Below, in pieces: positions 57,354 to 64,000 of a DNA stretch of 64,000 nt. A program made the translations under genes and the position numbers. The stretch covers positions 32,001-96,000 of the forward strand of contig CAVQUB010000004.1 of NCBI GenBank assembly GCA_963716725.1, in the 5' to 3' direction. Under the pieces are notes generated by a model. The model had not been told where the DNA came from and did no database searches. It was given only the letters and a program-made list of their open reading frames with translations. This DNA is from an uncultured delta proteobacterium. GTDB taxonomy: Bacteria > Myxococcota_A > Polyangia > Polyangiales > Polyangiaceae. Every line of letters begins with the position of its first letter. The first letter of the stretch is position 1.

Positions 57354-60246
57354 AGGCGGAGTTCTCGCGGCGCTGCTCTTGGCGGCGCTGATGACTCTTG
57401 GGCTGCCAGCCCACGCGAGTGATGTCGCGGACGAGGCTGATCTGCACTTTCAGATCGGCGCGAAGCACTACCAAGGCGGGGACTTCAGCGGAGCGCTGGA
57501 GCACTTCCTTGTTTCGAACCGCCTGGTTCCCAACAAGAACGTGCTCTTCAACATCGCGCGCTGCTACGAGCAGCTCGGCCAGTTCCCGAACGCCTGGCGT
57601 TTCTACGCGACCTCCCTCGATACCGAGACGGATCCGAAGCAGAAGAGCGCGATCCGAGACTCGCTGGGCCGCATCGCGCCCAACGTCGCCGTGATTCAGG
57701 TCGAGTCGGACCCTCCAGACGCGACCATCTACGTGGATCGGAAGGACCTCGGGCCGCGTGGTTCGGCGCCGCGGGAGCTGGGGCTCGCCCCAGGAAAGTA
57801 CACCATCATCGTCGAGCGACCAGGCTACGAGCCCGCGCAGTCGAAGGTGTTGAACGTGACGGCAGGCTCGAAGACGAGCGTGTCTCTCAAGCTCAAGAGC
57901 ATTTTCGGAAAGCTGCGCGTGGAAGGAGCCGCGGGGGCCCAGATCCGCCTCGACGATCCAAACGGGCCGGTCGTGGCCGTCGCTCCCGCGGAGATCAGCG
58001 TCGAGCCCGGCCCACACCGGGTCTTCGTGACCAAGGCAGGCTCGCGCCCCGCCGAGCTGGACGTCGACATCGGGCCCAAGAAGACCTCGACGATTCGGCC
58101 GCGGCTGGTGATCGAGACCGGGACGCTGGTGGTCTCGAGCGACTTGCGCGACGCATTGGTCGAGGTGGACGGCGAGCCCATGGGCTTCACGCCCGCGGTG
58201 GTCACCATCCCGGTCGGCTCCCACCAGATCCGAGTCTCACTCTCGGGATTTCGTCCGATTGTGCGGAGGGTGGCCATCGCCGCCAACAAGCAATCGAGCC
58301 TGATGTTGGAGCTCGCACGTGAAGCGCAGGTCACCGCCGCGAGCCGCAGCACGCAGCTGGTCGAGGAGGCTCCGTCGTCGGTGAGCATCATCACCGCCCA
58401 AGAGCTCCGAGCGATGGGTTACCCGACCATCGCCGAGGCGGTCCGAGGCGTGCGGGGGGTCTACCTGACCGACGATCGAAGCTACTTGACCTTGGGTTTC
58501 CGCGGGTTTTCACGCCCCGGCGACTACGGCAACAAGATCCTGATCCTCTACGACGGCCATCCCTTCAACGACAACATCCTCTACCAGTCGTTTCCGGGAT
58601 TCGAGGGCCGGACGGACATCGACGATGTCGAACGCATCGAGGTGGTGCGCGGTCCTGGCTCAGCACTCTACGGCACGGGCGCCGTGTTCGGCGTCGTCAA
58701 CGTGGTCACTCACGAACGCGACAAGGTGTCGAAGCTGGAAGTGGGCGCGTCGGCAGTCGAGCACAGCATGTTGCGTGGGCGCGCTCACGCCTATCAGCGG
58801 CTCGGCAAGGATTCCGGGCTCTGGCTCAGCCTGGCCGGCGCCCGCGGCGCGGGCCGAGATTTCCACTTCCCAGAATATCGAAGCGACCCATCGGGTCTGA
58901 ACGGAGAGGCCCGAGGCCTCGATGACGTCGAACTCGCGACCGTCCAAGGTCGCTTCTGGTACCGCGACCTCACCCTGCAGTGGATCTGGCATCAGCGCGA
59001 GAAGACCCTGCCGCACGCTGAGTACGACACGCTGTTCGGAGACGATCGCAATCGTTTCGTCGACCGACGTGGCTTCGTTGAAGCTCGCTTCGAACCGAAG
59101 CTCACCAGCGAGTTCCAATCCTTCACCCGGGCCCATGCCAACCTGTATGTGTTCGAGTCCGGGTCGCCCTACGATCCCGCAGACGGCGGCGTCGCGCTGG
59201 AAAAATACGTGGGACAGTGGGCCGGAATCGAGCAGCGCTTCGTGATTCAGCCCGCCCAGCCGCTGCGGCTGACGGTCGGCGGCGAAGCGCAGCGTCACTT
59301 CCGTGCGAGCCTCCGAGGCGAGGACAACGGTGGCGTGTTCTTGCCCGACGACAAGAACCCGTTCTGGGTGATGAGCGCCTACGCCATCGCTGATGTCGAG
59401 GTGTCCCCGCGCCTCGCGCTGCACGCCGGAGCCCGCTACGACTACTTCAAGTGGGAGTTCACCAGCATCCCCGAGACCTCACAGGGTTCCCTCAACCCGC
59501 GGGGCGCCATCGTTGCCAAGCCCTACTCCGGGGGAGTCACCAAGCTGATGGGCGGCAGTGCCTTTCGCGCACCCACCGTCTACGAGCTCTTCTACCAAAG
59601 CCCGGTGCAAGCACCGAGCCCGAGTCTAAAGCCCGAAACCGTCTACTCCGGGGAGCTCGAGCACACTCATCAGATCGCGCGTGCGGTCAGCGCCACTGGG
59701 GCGGTGTACGCGAACTACGTGGACAATCTGATCGTCGGTCGCGGCGGAGGCACCGAGACCGACCCGCTCTACCTGGTCAACTCGGGAGCTCCGGTCTTGG
59801 TGCTCGGCGCCGAAGCCGAGGTGCGTCGCGACTGGCGCGAGGGCTGGATGTTGGCAGGGCAGTATTCGCTCTCGCTGGCGCGCTACGTCAAGAACGACCA
59901 AGACCTGCGACAAGTGCCCAATTCTCCGCGGCATCTGGCCTCGGTAAAAGGCGCGGTGCCCATCATCGGACGATCGCTCACGGTGATGAGTCGAGCCACC
60001 CTAGAGGGCAGTCGCTACGATCGGCTGGAGACGGTGGGTGATCCGCCCCAGGGCAAGACCGACGCGGCCGTGGTCTGGGACGTCGTGTTCAGTGGCGAGA
60101 TGATGAATTCCAAAGTTCACTACAACATCGGGGCGTACAACATCGCCGACTGGCACTACTCGGCGCCGGTCAGCGGCGAGTTCCGAATGACCACCATTCC
60201 GCAACCCGGCCGCACGCTGCTCGCGAGCGTGAACGTGGAGCTCTGA
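57286..60246 (+). CDS. TonB-dependent receptor with N-terminal TPR and three PEGA domains (start uncertain: 57286/57379/57391)
   Basis: Signal peptide ending PAHA. TPR (ALEHF, VLFNIARCYEQLG). PEGA (VESDPPDATIYVD). Plug (APSSVSIITAQEL, VERIEVVRGPGSALYG..AVFGVVNVVT). Barrel end PGRTLLASVNVEL. Confidence 0.9.
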   Translation: MFHLLPPRLHPRSPRSRSSWSAEGGVLAALLLAALMTLGLPAHASDVADEADLHFQIGAKHYQGGDFSGALEHFLVSNRLVPNKNVLFNIARCYEQLGQFPNAWRFYATSLDTETDPKQKSAIRDSLGRIAPNVAVIQVESDPPDATIYVDRKDLGPRGSAPRELGLAPGKYTIIVERPGYEPAQSKVLNVTAGSKTSVSLKLKSIFGKLRVEGAAGAQIRLDDPNGPVVAVAPAEISVEPGPHRVFVTKAGSRPAELDVDIGPKKTSTIRPRLVIETGTLVVSSDLRDALVEVDGEPMGFTPAVVTIPVGSHQIRVSLSGFRPIVRRVAIAANKQSSLMLELAREAQVTAASRSTQLVEEAPSSVSIITAQELRAMGYPTIAEAVRGVRGVYLTDDRSYLTLGFRGFSRPGDYGNKILILYDGHPFNDNILYQSFPGFEGRTDIDDVERIEVVRGPGSALYGTGAVFGVVNVVTHERDKVSKLEVGASAVEHSMLRGRAHAYQRLGKDSGLWLSLAGARGAGRDFHFPEYRSDPSGLNGEARGLDDVELATVQGRFWYRDLTLQWIWHQREKTLPHAEYDTLFGDDRNRFVDRRGFVEARFEPKLTSEFQSFTRAHANLYVFESGSPYDPADGGVALEKYVGQWAGIEQRFVIQPAQPLRLTVGGEAQRHFRASLRGEDNGGVFLPDDKNPFWVMSAYAIADVEVSPRLALHAGARYDYFKWEFTSIPETSQGSLNPRGAIVAKPYSGGVTKLMGGSAFRAPTVYELFYQSPVQAPSPSLKPETVYSGELEHTHQIARAVSATGAVYANYVDNLIVGRGGGTETDPLYLVNSGAPVLVLGAEAEVRRDWREGWMLAGQYSLSLARYVKNDQDLRQVPNSPRHLASVKGAVPIIGRSLTVMSRATLEGSRYDRLETVGDPPQGKTDAAVVWDVVFSGEMMNSKVHYNIGAYNIADWHYSAPVSGEFRMTTIPQPGRTLLASVNVEL

Positions 60247-60249
60247 GCC

Positions 60250-60552
60250 ATGCGGAGTCGGATCGCATGGGCATTGGCATTGGCGACCTCGCTGTTCGTC
60301 TCGTTGGCGCGGGCGGAAGACGGCGGGGACGCAGCAGCTGGAGCGGCTGGCGCGGCTGGAGCGGCTGGCGCAGCTGGCGCGGCTGGCGCGGCTGGCGCGG
60401 CTGGCGCGGCCACCTCGACGCCTCCTCCCCAGCACGACCAGGGCTTCGACTGCGCGCTGGGCCGCCGGGCCACGCCCGGAGGCCTGGTGTGGCTCGGGGT
60501 GGCCGCCATCGGGCTGCTCGCGCGACGCCGACGAGCCTCGCGCGGTCGCTGA
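60250..60552 (+). CDS. Small MYXO-CTERM sorting-signal protein with (AAG)8 linker
   Basis: Signal peptide ending ARA; 9-bp repeats at 60334-60405; GFDC...GLVWLGVAAIGLLARRRR. Confidence 0.75.
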   Translation: MRSRIAWALALATSLFVSLARAEDGGDAAAGAAGAAGAAGAAGAAGAAGAAGAATSTPPPQHDQGFDCALGRRATPGGLVWLGVAAIGLLARRRRASRGR

Positions 60553-60687
60553 GCGGAGCACGACGCGCTTCGGAGTCCGCGCTTCCCGCCGCGCCGCCCG
60601 CCCCACCCGCGCCGGCCGTCGCCCCACCTGCGAAGGTCGGATTCAGAGAGAACCAGTGGGGCTCACCGTGCTGAGCCCGGCGCTCGC

Positions 60688-61398
60688 TCAGCGCAGCGGT
60701 GGGCGGACCTTGCACCACACGCGCAAGATCAGCGTGCCGCGCTCGGTCCAAGGAGTCACGTCGACGCGATCGATCTGATCGATCGCTGCGATAGGCAGTC
60801 GGTGCATCAGCCGTTCGGCCACGAAGTCGCGTCGCGTGGTCTCGGTGGACAGCTGTCCGAGATCGTCGCCCTTGATCACGAATGTGACCAGCTCGAACAC
60901 TTCGAGCGCCTGCGCGCGCGAACGTGCGCTCAAGGGTGATGGTGAGACGTCGAGCATCGCCGTGGCCAAGGCGTCGATGGTGTCCTTGCTCACACGATCG
61001 GTCTTCAAGCCCGCGGGTGCGTTGGCCGGCGGCGCCACGCCGGGCATGGTCATTCGACCAGCGAGGGAAGGCTGCGGCGGCGGTTCGGAGTAGCCGCGGG
61101 TGCGCTGGCGGGACCGGACGCCGGTCGTGGGTTCCGAGGCCTCGTCGGCGTGGCTGATGCGGCCAGGCAGCAGCTCGGCCGTGATGGCGGCCAAGGTCTC
61201 GCGGCCCGCGGGCACCAGGTGAAATTCGAGGTCTGGGCCATCGGCTTTTGGCGCGAGATTGGTGGTGATGGCGGCGAGGGTCTCTCGCCCGGCGGGCGCG
61301 AAGCCCACCTGGATGTCCGGCGAAGAACCGGGCCGTTTGGGAGGGCCGCCTCGCGGGGGGGGACGCTTCGGGGGGCGCTTCTTCGGAGCCTGGGCCAA
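60688..61398 (-). CDS. Hypothetical protein with duplicated PAGRETLAAIT motif (start uncertain)
   Basis: GC-biased ORF; globular-looking C-terminus (FELVTFVI...IDRVDVTPW...LILRVW). Confidence 0.6.
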   Translation of the reverse strand: MAQAPKKRPPKRPPPRGGPPKRPGSSPDIQVGFAPAGRETLAAITTNLAPKADGPDLEFHLVPAGRETLAAITAELLPGRISHADEASEPTTGVRSRQRTRGYSEPPPQPSLAGRMTMPGVAPPANAPAGLKTDRVSKDTIDALATAMLDVSPSPLSARSRAQALEVFELVTFVIKGDDLGQLSTETTRRDFVAERLMHRLPIAAIDQIDRVDVTPWTERGTLILRVWCKVRPPLR

Positions 61399-61448
61399 GG
61401 AGAGTCGAGTATCCCACGAGATGGCGCTCGGGTGAAATCGCGGAGTTG

Positions 61449-61487
61449 CCGGGCTCGGTCCGGGCTCGGTCCGGCCTCGGTCCGGCT
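61449..61487. repeat. 11-bp intergenic tandem repeat x3.5
   Basis: ccgggctcggt ccgggctcggt ccggcctcggt ccggct, immediately after the gltD stop. Confidence 0.8.
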
Positions 61488-62909
61488 TCAACCCAGCTCG
61501 GTCTTGCCCATCAGGTACAGGTCGATGGCTCGAGCCGCGCGGCGCCCGTCGGCGATGGCCCACACCACCAGGCTCTGGCCGCGCTGACAGTCGCCGGCAG
61601 CGAACACGCCCGGCACGTTGGTCATGCAGTTCGGGTCGATGGCGACGTTGCCCCTTCGGTCGAGCCCGAGGCCGAGCGCCTCGACCAGCCCGGCCTTCTC
61701 GGGATGAACGAAGCCCAGCGCCAGCAGGACCAGATCTGCGTCGAGCGCCGTCTCGGTGCCGTCGACGCGCTCGAAGCGCCCTGCGCGCTCGGCGACCTCG
61801 ACGACGTGTAGCTTCTCGACGAGCCCGTGGTCACCGCTGAAGCGCTCCGTCGAGACGCTCCATTTGCGCTCGCCGCCTTCTTCGTGAGAGCTCGACGTGC
61901 GCAACATCAGCGGCCAGTTGGGCCAGGGCGTATTGGGAGCGCGCTCGTCGGGCGGCCGCGGCAATATTTCGAGGCTGGTCACGCTGGTCGCACCCTGCCT
62001 CAGCGCCGTACCGATGCAGTCGCTGCCGGTGTCCCCGCCGCCGATCACGACCACGCGTTTGCCCGTAGCGACGATGGCGCGATCGTCCGCGATGCGATCG
62101 CCGCTGACGCGACGGTTCTGCTGTTCGAGGTAATCCATCGCAAAGTGAATGCCGCCCAGGTCGCGACCGGGCATGCCGAGGTCGCGCGGCGCTCGCGAGC
62201 CAATGGCCAGGCACAGGGCGTCGAAGCCAGCGGTCAGCTCGGCGACGCCGAGAGCGGTGCCGACCTCGACGCCGGTTCTAAACTCGACGCCTTCGGCCCG
62301 CATCTGCTCGACCCGAGCGTGCACCCAGCGCTTGTCGAGCTTGAAGTCGGGGATCCCGTAGGTGAGCAGACCGCCGACGCGATCGTCGCGCTCGAGCACC
62401 ACCACGCTGTGCCCGGCTCGGTTCAGCTGCTGCGCTGCTGCGAGCCCAGCCGGGCCCGAGCCTACGACCGCGACCTTCTTGCCGGTGCGGCTGAGTGGCG
62501 GCTCCGGAACGATGCGACCGTGGGAAAACGCGTGGTCGGCGATGGATCGCTCGAGCAGCTTGATGCTCACTGGATCGTCGTCGATGCCCAGCACGCAGGC
62601 CGCTTCACAGGGCGCCGGACAGACGCGTCCGGTGATCTCCGGGAAGTTGTTGGTGGCGTGCAGCGCCGCGACGGCATCGTCCCAGCGCCCGCGGTACACG
62701 TGGTCGTTCCACTCCGGGATCAAGTTGTCGAGGGGGCATCCGCTGTTGCAGAAGGGAATGCCGCAGTCCATGCAGCGGGCGCCTTGCTCGGCCAGTCGTT
62801 CGTTCACTACCGGGAGCTCGAGTTCCCGGTAGTCCCGCAGCCGCTCGGCCACCGGTCGCTTGGCTGCGCTCCGGCGCGCGTACTGCATGAAGCCGGTCAG
62901 CTTGCCCAT
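61488..62909 (-). CDS. gltD: Glutamate synthase small subunit
   Basis: MGKLTGF, RCMDCGIPFC..GCP, GRVCPAPCE..C, GSGPAG, GGGDTGSDC, RGQSLVVWAI. Confidence 0.97.
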   Translation of the reverse strand: MGKLTGFMQYARRSAAKRPVAERLRDYRELELPVVNERLAEQGARCMDCGIPFCNSGCPLDNLIPEWNDHVYRGRWDDAVAALHATNNFPEITGRVCPAPCEAACVLGIDDDPVSIKLLERSIADHAFSHGRIVPEPPLSRTGKKVAVVGSGPAGLAAAQQLNRAGHSVVVLERDDRVGGLLTYGIPDFKLDKRWVHARVEQMRAEGVEFRTGVEVGTALGVAELTAGFDALCLAIGSRAPRDLGMPGRDLGGIHFAMDYLEQQNRRVSGDRIADDRAIVATGKRVVVIGGGDTGSDCIGTALRQGATSVTSLEILPRPPDERAPNTPWPNWPLMLRTSSSHEEGGERKWSVSTERFSGDHGLVEKLHVVEVAERAGRFERVDGTETALDADLVLLALGFVHPEKAGLVEALGLGLDRRGNVAIDPNCMTNVPGVFAAGDCQRGQSLVVWAIADGRRAARAIDLYLMGKTELG

Positions 62910-62911
62910 GC

Positions 62912-64000
62912 TCACTCCGCCTCCGGCGCGTGGCGATTGCCCCGCGGAACCGGCAATGGGTCGTCTTCGGTGCCCGCTGCGCTGGGAGCCGCGCGGCGCT
63001 GTTCTTCGATCTGATCGAGCACGCGCCGGTACTCTACGGGTACGACCTTGCGCAGGCGCGGCAGGGTCTCTTCCCAGCGCGCGAGCAACTCGGCGGCCTT
63101 AGCGCTCCCGGTGACGCGCCGGTGCTCGTCCAAGAGCGCAGCGACGAAGGCGGCGTCTTCGGAGCCGAGGCCTTCGATAGTCACGAGATCCTTGTTGCAG
63201 CGGGATTCGAAGCCGCCGTCTCCGTCGAGCACGTAGGCGTAACCTCCGCTCATTCCGGCGGCAAAGTTGCGGCCGGTTCTGCCGATCACGACCACGCGCC
63301 CACCCGTCATGTACTCGCAGCCGTGATCGCCAACGCCTTCGACCACCGCGGTCGCGCCGCTGTTGCGCACGGCAAAGCGTTCTCCCACGACGCCGCTGAT
63401 GAAGGCCCTGCCGCTGGTCGCTCCGTAGAGCGCCACGTTGCCCACCAGCACGCTCTCGTCGGAACGGAAGGTCGCACCGCGCGGCGGACGCACGCTGATG
63501 GTGCCGCCCGAGAGGCCCTTGCCGACATAGTCGTTGGCGTCTCCCTCGAGGTGCAGGTGCGTGCCCGAGACGGCGAAGGCCCCGAAGCTCTGGCCGGCGC
63601 TGCCCTCGAAGTCGAGGCGGAGGGTTCCCTCGGGGAGCCCGGCTGCGCCGTGACGCCGAGCAATCTCACCGGCCAGGAAGGCCCCCACCGTGCGGTGCAC
63701 GTTCTTGATCGGCAGCGCGATGGAGACTTTCTCCCCGCGCTCGATGGCCGGGCGCACTTGTTCCAGGATCTGGTGGTCGAGGGAGCGCTCCACGCCGTGG
63801 TCCTGCTGCACGCTCTTGCACACGCCCACTCCGTCGCCGCGCTCCGCAGGGGCGAGCACCGCGCTCATGTCGAGTTTCTTGGCCTTGAAGTGCCCAGCCA
63901 CGTCTCGGGGGCGCAGGCGGTCGACGCGTCCGATCATCTCGTCGATGGTGCGAAAGCCGAGCTGGCTCATGAGCTCGCGTGCCTCTTCCGCCACGTAGAA
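62912..64000 (-). CDS. gltB: Glutamate synthase large subunit (5' truncated by window)
   Basis: GSAGQSFGAF, GDANDYVGKGLSGG, GERFAVRNSGA, GDHGCEYMTGG, GRNFAAGMSGG. Confidence 0.97.
   Translation of the reverse strand, partial: FYVAEEARELMSQLGFRTIDEMIGRVDRLRPRDVAGHFKAKKLDMSAVLAPAERGDGVGVCKSVQQDHGVERSLDHQILEQVRPAIERGEKVSIALPIKNVHRTVGAFLAGEIARRHGAAGLPEGTLRLDFEGSAGQSFGAFAVSGTHLHLEGDANDYVGKGLSGGTISVRPPRGATFRSDESVLVGNVALYGATSGRAFISGVVGERFAVRNSGATAVVEGVGDHGCEYMTGGRVVVIGRTGRNFAAGMSGGYAYVLDGDGGFESRCNKDLVTIEGLGSEDAAFVAALLDEHRRVTGSAKAAELLARWEETLPRLRKVVPVEYRRVLDQIEEQRRAAPSAAGTEDDPLPVPRGNRHAPEAE

Overview
High-GC bacterial chromosome segment, most likely Myxococcota/Polyangia (Tgl/PilW pilotin, MYXO-CTERM protein, zinc-ribbon/GYF protein, Ser/Thr kinase, Cys-rich lipoproteins). 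It is mostly housekeeping and envelope genes: murJ, engB, recO, tsaB, gor, sfsA, gltA, plsC/gpsA/plsB and gltBD, plus tRNA-Val(CAC) and tRNA-Pro(GGG). It also has an orphan decaheme OmcA/MtrC-type cytochrome and a RelE/HigB-HTH toxin-antitoxin pair next to tRNA-Val. The most notable structure is a nested mobile element at 53.1-54.3 kb. An internally deleted IS630-family element (19-bp TIRs, TA duplication) carries a 654-bp unit whose only gene is a GxxExxY PD-(D/E)XK protein. That unit is flanked by an exact 8-bp direct repeat and has 33/34-bp inverted repeats inside the ORF ends. Removing the unit restores the IS630 transposase C-terminus, which suggests GxxExxY genes move as discrete elements. 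About eight single-base frameshifts are scattered through otherwise intact genes and are probably long-read assembly errors. They create spurious fusions (DTW-SfsA, SCP2-FHA). All calls come from reading motifs by eye; no database searches were run.
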